DNA from: Fluviicoccus sp.
GTDB taxonomy: Bacteria > Pseudomonadota > Gammaproteobacteria > Pseudomonadales > Moraxellaceae
Length of the DNA stretch: 64,000 nt
NCBI RefSeq assembly: GCF_030646115.1
Contig: NZ_JAUSMX010000027.1
Location: 165,651 to 229,650 of the forward strand
Direction of reading: 5' to 3'
The notes beneath the pieces were generated by a model. It searched no databases. It was not told the DNA's origin and saw only the letters and a program-made list of their open reading frames with translations. Of the stretch, positions 20,118 to 29,683 are shown one piece after another; within the stretch, counting starts at the first letter, position 1; every line of letters starts with the position of its first letter. Both the position numbers and the translations under genes were made by a program.

Positions 20118-20138
20118 GCATCTACCTGGCAACCACCC

Positions 20139-20741
20139 TCAAGGCTTCGCCTTCTCCTTGGCCTTCTCTTTCGCCGCCACCGCTTCCACCTGAATCCGCA
20201 ACGTCACGTCCATCTTGAAGCCCCAGTCCTTGCCCGCGCTGATGCCGAAGTCATCGCGGTTGAGGGTGGCGATGGCGTCTGCGCCGCAGAAGTCACGCTT
20301 CAGCATGGGGTGCGGCATGCACTTGACGGAATTCAGGGTCAGGGTCAGCGGTTTGGTGACGCCGTGCAGCGTCAATTCACCGTCCACCCGCGACGGCACG
20401 CCGTTGGTGTAACCGGCAAAGGTGCCCTTGTAGTAGGCCTTGGGGAATTTCTTGGCATCAAACAGTTCCGGGCTGCGCGCCTTGGCGTTCATGGCGTCCA
20501 GGCCATAGTCGATGCTGTTGATGTCGATGGTGATGTCGACGCTGCCGCTGCCGCCTTCCTTGTCGATCACCAGCTTGCCGCTGGTCTTGTTGAACTTGCC
20601 GCGCCATACAGACATGCCGCCGAAATGGTCGGCTTCGAAGCTGGGGAAGGTGTGGGTGGGCTCGATGTCGTAGGTGACCGGGGCGGCGTTGGCGGTGGCG
20701 CACAGGCCGAGCAGGGTGAGGGGGAGCAGGTGTTTTTTCAT
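20139..20741 (-). CDS. YceI family protein
   Basis: Signal peptide; YDIEPTHTFPSF, WRGKF, GELTLHGVTKP, LNRDDFG. Confidence 0.92.
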   Translation of the reverse strand: MKKHLLPLTLLGLCATANAAPVTYDIEPTHTFPSFEADHFGGMSVWRGKFNKTSGKLVIDKEGGSGSVDITIDINSIDYGLDAMNAKARSPELFDAKKFPKAYYKGTFAGYTNGVPSRVDGELTLHGVTKPLTLTLNSVKCMPHPMLKRDFCGADAIATLNRDDFGISAGKDWGFKMDVTLRIQVEAVAAKEKAKEKAKP

Positions 20742-20824
20742 GGGGTGGTCCTTGTCGGAGGTGGTTGTTGTTATGGGGGTGAACCGGTCCGATAGTACAC
20801 CGGGGAAGGGACGCGCTGAAGCCC

Positions 20825-20983
20825 GACTACCGGTTCCGTGCCGTGGCTCCGCGCCGGGAGGTGGCGACGGCGATGGCGAACATGGTAGAAACGCTGGATT
20901 ATTCTAACTTCAAGAGTCAGGTGGCGACGGTGCGGGGTGCGGGACGTGCGCATCTGCACCACGATGTCTGGCCTGTGCTGTAG
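20825..20983 (+). pseudogene. Start-less C-terminal remnant of a conserved hypothetical protein
   Basis: Frame reads DYRFRAVAPRREVATAMANMVETLDYSNFKSQV...HHDVWPVL*, protein-like and similar to a DY(R)YRA...IDYxNFK family I recall; in-frame TGA at 20780. Confidence 0.4.
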
Positions 20984-21005
20984 GGACTTCAGAGGGATTA
21001 ACGCC

Positions 21006-21617
21006 ATGTACCATCCACGGAAAAATGACCAGGGCAAGCCGGTCACGTTGAACAAGCCGTCCACGCCCAGTGATCTGGCCACATGGCAGGACCCGGGGGC
21101 GGTTGCCTGTGTGATTCCGGACGGGGCCATGCCGGAGTCGGTCAACGGGACTCCGATCCTGTCCTGGCAGGCTCCGGCGACCACGACGGAGTGGGAGGCC
21201 TTGGCCGCCGCCATGCCGTTGGCGGAGCCGGAATTCGTGGCTCCCGGTGGTTTGCAGCGGGCGGCTGGTGTGGTGGTGCGGGAGCCGGACGGACGGGTGT
21301 GGGTGGTGGCACCCAGTAACGCGTTTGGCGGGTATGAGGCGACGTTTCCCAAGGGGCGGCTGGATGGGCGTTCGGCGAAGGCGGCGGCGCTGGTGGAGGT
21401 GTTTGAGGAGTGCGGGTTGCGGGTGCGCCTGACCGGGCATTTGCTGGATGTGGTGCGGTCAACGACATATACGCGGTACTACACGGGGGAGCGGTTGGGC
21501 GGGAATCCGGCGGATATGGGGTGGGAGAGTCAGGCGGTGTTGCTGGTGCCGATGGCGGCGTTGGCCAAGGTTGCTCATCATGTGAATGATGTGCCGATCA
21601 TTCGGGCGCTCGATTGA
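21006..21617 (+). CDS. NUDIX hydrolase
   Basis: FPKGRLDGRSAKAAALVEVFEECG variant Nudix box. Confidence 0.82.
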   Translation: MYHPRKNDQGKPVTLNKPSTPSDLATWQDPGAVACVIPDGAMPESVNGTPILSWQAPATTTEWEALAAAMPLAEPEFVAPGGLQRAAGVVVREPDGRVWVVAPSNAFGGYEATFPKGRLDGRSAKAAALVEVFEECGLRVRLTGHLLDVVRSTTYTRYYTGERLGGNPADMGWESQAVLLVPMAALAKVAHHVNDVPIIRALD

Positions 21618-21670
21618 TCGAATAATCAAGTCTGCCCGTTTCCCCTGACCCTGTTTCCTCCCACCCGGAT

Positions 21671-22117
21671 TCAGACGGTCTGCTTGAACCCACCCCTCTG
21701 AAATGACTCATAAAATTCCTGATCTTCCCAATCATCATCCAAAGCCGCCAGAATGGTTGAGGACGATGTGGTTATCAGGTTTGAGGTCCAAAGGTCTACA
21801 GGTGTGCCCTTGAGCGATTCGGCGATATTGTAGAATTCGTTCCAGCGTGTGGCGTGGATCAGATACCAGATGTAATCCTCAGGTACATAGTCCTTCGGCC
21901 TCGAGCCACCAGGCAGGCTAGTTCCGAAATGTTCCTTTAACGTGATTTCAATCAGTCCTAAAATCCATGACTTTAATGGCGGATGCTCCAGAATAAATTC
22001 GGTCGCCTTGATAAACAAAAATTCAGCATGATTGAGGCCCCACTGCTGGGTATGAAGCAGGTCAAACTGGTAGTCGAGCAAAACCCCAACGTATTTTTTG
22101 GCAGCTTCGATTTCCAT
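21671..22117 (-). CDS. Hypothetical protein (low GC, possible immunity protein)
   Basis: 148-aa AT-rich ORF co-oriented with the SMI1-like gene, 5 nt downstream of it. Confidence 0.7.
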   Translation of the reverse strand: MEIEAAKKYVGVLLDYQFDLLHTQQWGLNHAEFLFIKATEFILEHPPLKSWILGLIEITLKEHFGTSLPGGSRPKDYVPEDYIWYLIHATRWNEFYNIAESLKGTPVDLWTSNLITTSSSTILAALDDDWEDQEFYESFQRGGFKQTV

Positions 22118-22122
22118 GGCTT

Positions 22123-22437
22123 TTAAATTGCTCCTCGCAGCATGAGTTCAAATGCCTCCCATGACGAAGCCAGCTCCATTGCCACTTTTGGCTCCATTCC
22201 AATAAAGGGGAGACACACCACCGCACCATCAAGCGCAATCGCAAACATCTCGCCACCCCCGCTTGTTCCGAAGCCAAAGTAGCCGGGTGCCAGTACCGGA
22301 ACTTCATACTCCTGATTGAACTGCAGTAGCTCATCCTGTTCCCAGAACTCACAGATAAATGGACTCACATCCAGTTCGCAAACCAAGGGCTTGCCATCGG
22401 CGAAATACGTCGCAAGTACTGAGGGAATATCATTCAT
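22123..22437 (-). CDS. Compact SMI1/KNR4-like protein
   Basis: EFWEQDELLQFNQEYEV...YFGFGTSGGGEMFAI...VVCLPFIGME...LASSWEAF. Confidence 0.78.
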   Translation of the reverse strand: MNDIPSVLATYFADGKPLVCELDVSPFICEFWEQDELLQFNQEYEVPVLAPGYFGFGTSGGGEMFAIALDGAVVCLPFIGMEPKVAMELASSWEAFELMLRGAI

Positions 22438-22710
22438 TTCGGTTGGGCATCCGTGCAGTTAGGGCTACCCCAGTATCTTCGCGAACCGAAAGCAACTCAA
22501 GCCTTGGCACGGCGGCAAACGACACCTATCCCCCCGCATGCTATAAATCATTCCTCGGCAACCGGACCCAATCAACTTCCGATCGCCCCAAATAAACATT
22601 ACAATGTAGTAACGCAAATTAATCCCGGTTTCCCTCCGCCGCCAAGTCGCCCCGGAAACCGCAAAAAACAACACCATCCCCCACACCCAAAGGGGAACCC
22701 CGGAGTCCGC

Positions 22711-25700
22711 ATGTCTCTCCCCGCCATCCCCCCGCGCCCCGCCCGCAACAACCCCCTCACCACCCGCGCCGCCTGGGAAACCGCCCGACAGGCCTGCCAA
22801 ACCGACCCCGGCCACTACCACGGCGCCATCGCCCGCCGTCAACTGCACTGGTACATCGAACAAGAAGGTCAGGAAGCCTGCTGGCTCACCGTCAACCCCG
22901 ACACCCACCACTGGCAGGGCTACCACGCCCGCACCGGCGAACCCGTCCACCCCCAACTGCCGCCCGACTTCACCCCCTGGCACACCGCCCTCGACACCAC
23001 CGACGCCCCGTTCTACCGCTGGTTCAGCGGCGGCCTCACCAACGCCTGCTTCAACGAAGTCGACCGCCACGTCCTCGCCGGACACGGCCACGAAGCCGCC
23101 CTCTGGTTTGAAGGCGACCGCTGGGACCAATCGCTGGACAACGGACGCGGCGGCCCCGTCGTCTCCTACCCGGTCAGCCGCCGCCAGCTGCTGCTGGAAA
23201 CCGCCAAATGCGCCCTGGCCCTGCGCCGCCTCGGCCTCCAGGCCGGAGACCGGATCGCCATCAACATGCCCAACATCCCGGAACAGATCTACTGGACCGA
23301 AGCCTGCAAACGCATCGGCGTCGTCTACACCCCGGTGTTCGGCGGCTTCAGCGACAAGACCCTCTCCGACCGCATCCACAATGCCGGCGCGCGCATCGTC
23401 ATCACCGCCGACGGCGGCTACCGCAACGCCCAGATCGTCGCCTACAAGGAAGCCTATACCGACCCCGCGCTGGACAACTACGTGCCCGCCGAAGTCGCGC
23501 TGGCCGCTGTCGCCGCCGCGCTGCAACCGCTGGCGCTGACCCCCGCCCAGCGCGACGCCATCCTCGACGGCGCGCAACAGGCGGTGGCGGCGGAAATCAC
23601 GCTGGAACGCTCGGACGTGATGCGCGGCGTCGGCCAAGCGCTGGAAGCCTTGCCCGGACTGACGTCGGTGGAGGCCAGCCGCATCCGCACCGCCATCGCC
23701 TCGGCGCTGGTCAACACCCCGGCGCGGGTGGATACCGTCATCGTCGCCCGCCATGCCGCCCAGCCCGATCTGGTGTGGCGGCCGGAGCGCGACCGCTGGA
23801 GCGACGAGCTGACCGGCGAGGCGCTGCAAACCCTGCTCGCTGCCGCGCGGGCGCAGGGCTTCGACGTCGCGGACGAAGCCGCGCTGCTGTGGCTGGACGA
23901 CCGGCAGCTGGTCGCCGCCATCTGGGCCTCCGTCCCCCCGGAACCGCTGGACAGCGAATTCCCGCTGTTCTTCATTTACACCTCCGGCTCCACCGGCAAG
24001 CCCAAGGGCGTGGTGCATGTGCACGGCGGCTACGTCAGCGGCGTCGCCCACACCTTCCGCATCGCCTTCGACGCGCAGCCGGGCGATGTCATCTACGTGG
24101 TGGCCGATCCGGGCTGGATCACCGGCCAGAGCTACATGATCTCCGGCGCGCTCGCCAGCCGCGTCACCACCGTCGTCGCCGAGGGCGCGCCTGTGTTCCC
24201 CGGTTCCGGCCGTTTCGCCAGCATCATCGAGCGGCTGAAGGTCACCATCTTCAAGGCCGGGGTCACCTTCCTCAAAACCGTGATGACCGACCCGCAGAAC
24301 GTGCAGGACGTGCGCGCCTATGCGCTGGACTCGCTGCGCGTCGCCACCTTCTGCGCCGAACCGACCTCGCCGGTGGTGCAGCAGTTCGGCATGGAGCTGG
24401 TGACGCCCTGGTACATCAACTCCTACTGGGCCACCGAGCACGGCGGCATCGTCTGGACGCACCTCTACGGCAACCCCGATTTCCCGCTGCGCGCCGATGC
24501 CCATACCTATCCGCTGCCCTGGGTGATGGGCGATGTCTGGGTGGCCGACAGCGAGCCGGACGGGAAGGGCAGTGTCGTTGCACGGTCGGCGGAGGACGGG
24601 GAGAAGGGCGAAATCGTGATTGCCGCGCCGTACCCCTACCTGTGCCGCACCATCTGGGGCGACGAAGCCAATTTCAGGGTGGAAGGGCGGGTGGTGGCGC
24701 GCGACTGGCGCGGCGATTTCGGGCGCTATGAAAAGACCTACTGGCAGCGCTGGCAGGGCACACTGGCCTACACCCAGGGCGACTTCGCCATCCGTCATGC
24801 CGACGGCGGTTTCTCGCTGCACGGCCGCTCGGACGATGTCATCAACGTCTCCGGCCACCGCCTGGGCACCGAGGAAATCGAGGGCGCGATCCTGCGCGAC
24901 AAGCAGGTGCGGCCGGATTCGCCGGTGGGCAATGTCATCGTCGTCGGTGCGCCCCATCCGCACAAGGGGCTGACGCCGCTGGCCTTCATCAAGCCGGTGC
25001 CGGGGGCGAAGCTGTCGGCGGAAGACCGTCGCCGCCTGATCGAGATGGTGCGGCAGGAGAAGGGGCAGGTCGCCATTCCCGAAGACTTCATCGAGGTGTC
25101 GCAGTTCCCGGAGACGCGCAGCGGCAAGTACATGCGGCGCATGGTGCGGGCGCTGGTGGAAGGGCAAGACGTCGGCGATACCTCGACCTTGCGCAACCCC
25201 GAATCCATTGCCGAACTGCGCCGCGCTATCGACGACTGGCAGGCGCGCCAGCGCGTCGCCGCCGAGCAGACGCTGTTCGAGGATTTCCGCTATTTCCGCG
25301 TTCACTACCATGCGCTGCCGGTGCAGCCGGATGGCGCGGTGGCGCGGCTGGCGCTGGTCACCATCAGCAATCCGCCTGTCAACGCTCTCAACGAGCGGGC
25401 GCTGGATGAACTGAACATCGTGCTCGACCATGTGGAGCGTCGTGACGACGTCAAGGCGGTGATCTTCACCGGTTCCGGCACCGCCGCCTTTGTCGCCGGG
25501 GCGGACATCCGCCAGTTGCTGGAAGACGTGCATACGCTGGACGAAGCGCTGCCGCTGCCGAACAACGCCCATCTCGCCTTCCGCAAGATCGAGGCGATGG
25601 CGAAGCCGGTGATCGCCGCCATCAACGGCGTGGCGTTGGGCGGCGGCATGGAATTCGCGCTGGCCTGTCATGTGCGGGTGGCCGACCGCGCGGCGGTGTT

Positions 25701-28155
25701 CGGCCAGCCGGAAGTGCGGCTGAACCTGCTGCCCGGTTACGGCGGCACGCAACGGCTGCCGCGCCTGCTGGAGCTGGCCGGGCACGCCGCGCCGCTGGTG
25801 CGGGCGCTGGAAATCATCCTCGGCGGCCGCACCCACGAAGCGGACGCCATGCAGGCGGACGGCCTGCTGCACGGCTTGGCGCAGGACGCCGAGGACGTGG
25901 TGCAGGTGGCGGTGCGGATGGCGATGGCCTATGTCGCCGATCCGGCCGGTGACAATCCGGTGGCGCAGGCCTTTGCCCGTCGCGTAGCGGCCCGCCCGCA
26001 CTGGCAGCAGGCGGGGCAGGCCTCGTTTGCAGAGGCGCTGGTCGATGCCGAAGTCCGCCGCCTGCTGGCCCAGGCCGACGCCGTCGGTCGCGGGGCCACC
26101 GCCGCCCGCATCCTCGACGCCCTGCGCACCGGCTGGGAACAGGGCATCGCCGCCGGGCTGGCGCGTGAGGCGCACCTCTTTGCCGAAGCCGTGATCGACC
26201 CCTTGGGCGGCAAGGCCGGTATCCGCGCCTTCCTCGACAAGCAAAGCGCGCCACTGCCCACCCGCCGCGACACCGCGCCATCGCCGGAACAACAGGACGA
26301 ACTGCTGCGCAACGGTCAACTGCTGCCGGTCGGTTCCCCGTTCTGGCCCGGCCTCACGCCCTTGCCGCTGTGGCAATACGCCCACGCCGTGGTGCGCGAC
26401 CCTGCCACCGGCGCGCCCGCGCACGGCCTGCCGCGCCACAGCGAACGCCAGATCCTCGCGCCGGTGCCGCAGCCCGGCCCCAACGAGGCGCTAGTCTACG
26501 TGCTGGCCTCGGAAGTCAACTTCAACGACATCTGGGCGCTCACCGGCATCCCGGTCTCGCCCTTCGACAACCACGATCTGGACTATCAGGTCACCGGCTC
26601 CGGTGGCGTGGCGCTGGTCGCCGCGCTGGGCAGCGAGCTGCGGCGCGAGGCCCGGCTCAAGCTCGGCGATCTGGTGACGATCTATTCCGGCGAAAGCGAA
26701 CTGCTGTCGCCGCTGGCCGCGCGCGATCCGATGTACGCCGGATTCGCCATCCAGGGTTACGAAACCGACACCGGCAGCCACCAGCAGTTCCTGCGCGTGC
26801 AAGGCCCGCAACTGCACCCGCTGCCGCCCGACCTGACGCTGGAAGCCGCCGGTTCCTACGTGCTCAACCTCGGCACCATCGTCCGCGCGTTGTTCACCAC
26901 GCTGCGCATCCAGCCCGGCCGCACGCTGTTCGTGGAAGGCGCGGCCACCGGCACCGGCTTCGAGGCGATGAAGACCGCCGCCCGCCATGGCCTCACCACC
27001 ATCGGCCTCGTCTCCAGCCCGGAACGCGCCGACTTCATCGCCACGCAGGGCGCGGCCGGAGCCGTCAACCGCAAGGACCCGCGCTGGGCGCAGGCCTACA
27101 CGCCGGTACCGTCCACCCCGGAGGCCATCGCCGCCTGGGAGCAGGCCGGGGAACCCATCCTCGCCGAATTCCGCCGCCAGAGCGGCGGCCGCCTCGCCGA
27201 TTACGCCGTCTCGCACGCCGGGCAGGAATCCTTCCCGCGCAGCTTCCAGCTGCTGGCCGAGCACGGCACGCTCGCCTTCTACGGCGCCACCAGCGGCTAC
27301 GCCTTCAGCTTCGCGGGCAAGCCCGGCGCGTCTACCCCGGAAGAGATGCTGCGCCGCGCCGGCTTGCAGGCGGGGGAGGCGGTGCTGCTGTATTACGGCG
27401 TCGGTTCAAGCGAACTGTTGGACCCGGTGGGTCTGGAAGCCATTGAAGCCGTGCGCGCCGCCGGGGGACGGCTGGTGGTCGCCACCGCCCGTGACGCACA
27501 GCGTGAGTTCGTGCAGTCGCTGGGCTTTGGCGATGCGGTGAAGGGCGTGGTGTCGCTGGAAGAAATCCAGCGCAAGGAAGGGGCCGATTTCGAATGGCCG
27601 GAGTCCTTGCCCGCCATGCCGGACGCCAAGACCGACACCGCCGCCTTCAAGGAAGCCGTGCGCCGTTTCCAGGAACGCACCATGAAACCCTTCGGCACCG
27701 CCATCGGTCGCTGGCTGCGCTCCACCGACAACCCGCGCGGTTACCCCGATCTGGTGATCGAACGCGCCGGGCATGACGCGCTGGCGGCTTCGACCTCGCT
27801 GGTGAAACCGTTCACCGGTCGGGTGGTCTATTGCGAGGAACTGAAAGGGCGGCGCTACACCTTCTACGCACCTCAGGTGTGGACGCGCCAGCGCCGCATC
27901 CTGATGCCCACCGCCACCATCGCCGGGACGCACCTGTGCAATGCCTTTGAAGTGACGAAGATGAATGACCTGATTGCCGCCGGGCGGCTGGATGTCAGTC
28001 CGCCGTTGCTGGTGGACTGGGAGCAGCTGCCGCAGGCGCACCAAGCGATGTGGGACAACAGCCATGCCGGGGCGAATTATGTGGTGAACCATGCGCTGCC
28101 GAGGGCGGGGTTACGGTCGAGGGATGAGTTGTTTCAGGCGTGGGCGGGGGAGTAG
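22711..28155 (+). CDS. pcs: Trifunctional propionyl-CoA synthase-like enzyme (CoA ligase - enoyl-CoA dehydratase - enoyl-CoA reductase)
   Basis: About 1814 aa; ACS motifs YTSGSTGKPKG, YWATEHGG, GRSDDVINVSGHRLG, TRSGK; crotonase FVAGADI, ALGGGMEFALAC, GQPEVRLNLLPGYGGTQRL; MDR SEVNFNDIW, EGAATGTG; GGAG RBS. Confidence 0.9.
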   Translation: MSLPAIPPRPARNNPLTTRAAWETARQACQTDPGHYHGAIARRQLHWYIEQEGQEACWLTVNPDTHHWQGYHARTGEPVHPQLPPDFTPWHTALDTTDAPFYRWFSGGLTNACFNEVDRHVLAGHGHEAALWFEGDRWDQSLDNGRGGPVVSYPVSRRQLLLETAKCALALRRLGLQAGDRIAINMPNIPEQIYWTEACKRIGVVYTPVFGGFSDKTLSDRIHNAGARIVITADGGYRNAQIVAYKEAYTDPALDNYVPAEVALAAVAAALQPLALTPAQRDAILDGAQQAVAAEITLERSDVMRGVGQALEALPGLTSVEASRIRTAIASALVNTPARVDTVIVARHAAQPDLVWRPERDRWSDELTGEALQTLLAAARAQGFDVADEAALLWLDDRQLVAAIWASVPPEPLDSEFPLFFIYTSGSTGKPKGVVHVHGGYVSGVAHTFRIAFDAQPGDVIYVVADPGWITGQSYMISGALASRVTTVVAEGAPVFPGSGRFASIIERLKVTIFKAGVTFLKTVMTDPQNVQDVRAYALDSLRVATFCAEPTSPVVQQFGMELVTPWYINSYWATEHGGIVWTHLYGNPDFPLRADAHTYPLPWVMGDVWVADSEPDGKGSVVARSAEDGEKGEIVIAAPYPYLCRTIWGDEANFRVEGRVVARDWRGDFGRYEKTYWQRWQGTLAYTQGDFAIRHADGGFSLHGRSDDVINVSGHRLGTEEIEGAILRDKQVRPDSPVGNVIVVGAPHPHKGLTPLAFIKPVPGAKLSAEDRRRLIEMVRQEKGQVAIPEDFIEVSQFPETRSGKYMRRMVRALVEGQDVGDTSTLRNPESIAELRRAIDDWQARQRVAAEQTLFEDFRYFRVHYHALPVQPDGAVARLALVTISNPPVNALNERALDELNIVLDHVERRDDVKAVIFTGSGTAAFVAGADIRQLLEDVHTLDEALPLPNNAHLAFRKIEAMAKPVIAAINGVALGGGMEFALACHVRVADRAAVFGQPEVRLNLLPGYGGTQRLPRLLELAGHAAPLVRALEIILGGRTHEADAMQADGLLHGLAQDAEDVVQVAVRMAMAYVADPAGDNPVAQAFARRVAARPHWQQAGQASFAEALVDAEVRRLLAQADAVGRGATAARILDALRTGWEQGIAAGLAREAHLFAEAVIDPLGGKAGIRAFLDKQSAPLPTRRDTAPSPEQQDELLRNGQLLPVGSPFWPGLTPLPLWQYAHAVVRDPATGAPAHGLPRHSERQILAPVPQPGPNEALVYVLASEVNFNDIWALTGIPVSPFDNHDLDYQVTGSGGVALVAALGSELRREARLKLGDLVTIYSGESELLSPLAARDPMYAGFAIQGYETDTGSHQQFLRVQGPQLHPLPPDLTLEAAGSYVLNLGTIVRALFTTLRIQPGRTLFVEGAATGTGFEAMKTAARHGLTTIGLVSSPERADFIATQGAAGAVNRKDPRWAQAYTPVPSTPEAIAAWEQAGEPILAEFRRQSGGRLADYAVSHAGQESFPRSFQLLAEHGTLAFYGATSGYAFSFAGKPGASTPEEMLRRAGLQAGEAVLLYYGVGSSELLDPVGLEAIEAVRAAGGRLVVATARDAQREFVQSLGFGDAVKGVVSLEEIQRKEGADFEWPESLPAMPDAKTDTAAFKEAVRRFQERTMKPFGTAIGRWLRSTDNPRGYPDLVIERAGHDALAASTSLVKPFTGRVVYCEELKGRRYTFYAPQVWTRQRRILMPTATIAGTHLCNAFEVTKMNDLIAAGRLDVSPPLLVDWEQLPQAHQAMWDNSHAGANYVVNHALPRAGLRSRDELFQAWAGE

Positions 28156-28173
28156 GGGGATTCAACGGGTCAC

Positions 28174-28210
28174 GTAGGGGCGCACTGCGTGCGCCCTTTT
28201 CGCAGAACAC
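28174..28210 (+). repeat. Orphan REPIN half (B arm)
   Basis: GTAGGGGCGCACTGCGTGCGCCCTTTTCGCAGAACAC, including the conserved spacer segment CGCAGAACAC. Confidence 0.85.
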
Positions 28211-28221
28211 ACACGTCGCTC

Positions 28222-28620
28222 TCAGAAATCCAGGAAGTTCATCAGCAGAATATACAGAATCCCCATCCATACAACCACCAGGCCGCCATAGCTGGTTAGC
28301 ACCCAGAGAGCGTAAGCCTTCGAAAATGATGGCCTTGGCCTGAAAATGATGCCCAGCAAGTACCCGTAGCCAAAATAGTTAATGAGTACACAGAGGCAGG
28401 CAACAATCAGTCTTGAACTATGTCCACTAAACTCAAAACTTGCCAAAGCCAAAGGGGAACTAAACATGAGAGCCATCATCACGCCAACTTTCCAATGTTC
28501 CCCAAGCAAAGCGCTGAACCCGTAGAGCATGATATTGATCAGGACAAACAGGCTGCCTAATGCCAGACCGGCCTGATGCCGGGTGCAGGGGTGCGGGACG
28601 TCGGTGGAAGGCGGTTTCAT
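28222..28620 (-). CDS. Hypothetical membrane protein (low GC)
   Basis: 132 aa with about four hydrophobic segments. Confidence 0.65.
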   Translation of the reverse strand: MKPPSTDVPHPCTRHQAGLALGSLFVLINIMLYGFSALLGEHWKVGVMMALMFSSPLALASFEFSGHSSRLIVACLCVLINYFGYGYLLGIIFRPRPSFSKAYALWVLTSYGGLVVVWMGILYILLMNFLDF

Positions 28621-28818
28621 GAGGGTAATCCGGTCAATCAGGAGACAGCGTCAGTTTGGAGTTTTGTCGGGAAGCCTGGGTGAAGCGGTGATGTGTGAGT
28701 TGTGAATTGGCGGTGAAGAATGGGAAAACCGTGACGGGAGCAGGATTTGTTGACGAACACTGATCACACCCGTCGATGTGTGACAACATCCATGCCGGGG
28801 CGGACTATGGGGTGAAAC

Positions 28819-29154
28819 CTAAGCCCCCAACAACCGTCGCATCAGCAACGACTGCATATCCCGTCGCCCGTCCGCCATCAGCAGCACATAAACCCGCTGC
28901 CCGGACACCCGGTAAATCACCCGCCACGGCTTGAAGTACACCTGACGGTACTCCCGGATACCCAGCGCCGCCAGTTCCGGCGGCCAGGTGCCGCGTTCCG
29001 GAAAAGCCGCAATGCTGTCTGTCACCGCCAACAACTGATCCAGAACCTGATCCGCCTTTTCAGGGCTGTCGTAAGCCGCCAGATAGTCATAAATCGCCTC
29101 CAGATCCTGTTCGGCGCCCTTGGTCAGCAGTACCTGAAAGGGGGTTTCAGGCAT
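28819..29154 (-). CDS. RelE/ParE family toxin
   Basis: VLLTKGAEQDLEAIYDY...YRQVYFKPWRVIYRV...ADGRRDM. Confidence 0.9.
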   Translation of the reverse strand: MPETPFQVLLTKGAEQDLEAIYDYLAAYDSPEKADQVLDQLLAVTDSIAAFPERGTWPPELAALGIREYRQVYFKPWRVIYRVSGQRVYVLLMADGRRDMQSLLMRRLLGA

Positions 29155-29429
29155 CAGTCACGCACCCGCTTGGCGCGCAGCCGCGTGGCCACATCTGCAA
29201 CCGGCGTCACTTCACCCATCTCGATCTCCCGGCTGCCCAAGGCCAGGATTTTCAGCAGCGCCAGCGTTTCCTGGGTCTCTTCATAACTGGCGATATCCTG
29301 CATCACCGCCCGGGCTTCCCCGTTCTGGGTGATGATCAGCGGACGGCGCTGTTCGGAGAGGTCACGCAGCACCTCGGCGGCATTGGCCTTGAGGTAGCTG
29401 ACCGGTTTGATATCGCTGGCGTGGGACAT
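29154..29429 (-). CDS. Phd/YefM family antitoxin
   Basis: IKPVSYLKANAAEVL...PLIITQNGEARAVMQD; overlaps the toxin start. Confidence 0.92.
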   Translation of the reverse strand: MSHASDIKPVSYLKANAAEVLRDLSEQRRPLIITQNGEARAVMQDIASYEETQETLALLKILALGSREIEMGEVTPVADVATRLRAKRVRD

Positions 29430-29442
29430 GGCGGTTGCGTCA

Positions 29443-29469
29443 GGACTGAATAAAGACTGAATATAGTCC
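29443..29469. promoter_or_regulatory. Probable TA autorepression operator
   Basis: GGACTGAATAAAGACTGAATATAGTCC: direct repeat GACTGAATA plus terminal GGACT/AGTCC inversion, just upstream of the antitoxin. Confidence 0.5.
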
Positions 29470-29574
29470 GAACTCAGGGCCGGAGCAATCTTGATCCCGA
29501 TACATCTACCGCTTCAACGCCAGCATCCGCTGCTGCCGTTTTGCTGTGTATGCAGCGTACCGTTTAACGGTCTC

Positions 29575-29669
29575 GTAGGGGCGCACGGTGGGCTCCCTTT
29601 GGCAGAACACTCCGGTCTTCATGAATGATAGCCTGTTCGTCTGCGAGGGCGCATGCGATGCGCCCCAAC
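29575..29669. repeat. REPIN 4 (inverted relative to REPINs 1-3)
   Basis: GTAGGGGCGCACGGTGGGCTCCCT (degenerate arm) ... AGGGCGCATGCGATGCGCCCCAAC. Confidence 0.88.
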
Positions 29670-29683
29670 AGTCAGTACCGGCA

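Noticed and set aside
22441-22466. GTTGGGC / GTTAGGGC core-site-like motifs upstream of the second SMI1 gene
   Set aside because: Wrong orientation for a cassette on the minus strand and no partner arm found
22453-22710. 86-codon N-terminal extension of pcs
   Set aside because: Low-complexity, promoter-like sequence; ATG at 22711 has a GGAG RBS
22465-26439. 1324-aa minus-strand ORF
   Set aside because: Antisense shadow of pcs, typical of high-GC codon bias
22711-28155. pcs as evidence of autotrophic CO2 fixation
   Set aside because: No mcr or other 3-HP bicycle genes in the window; pcs alone does not imply autotrophy
29502-29519. TACATCTACCGCTTCAAC (YIYRFN), reminiscent of an IS1595 transposase C-terminus
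   Set aside because: Six codons only, with no further similarity or terminal repeats
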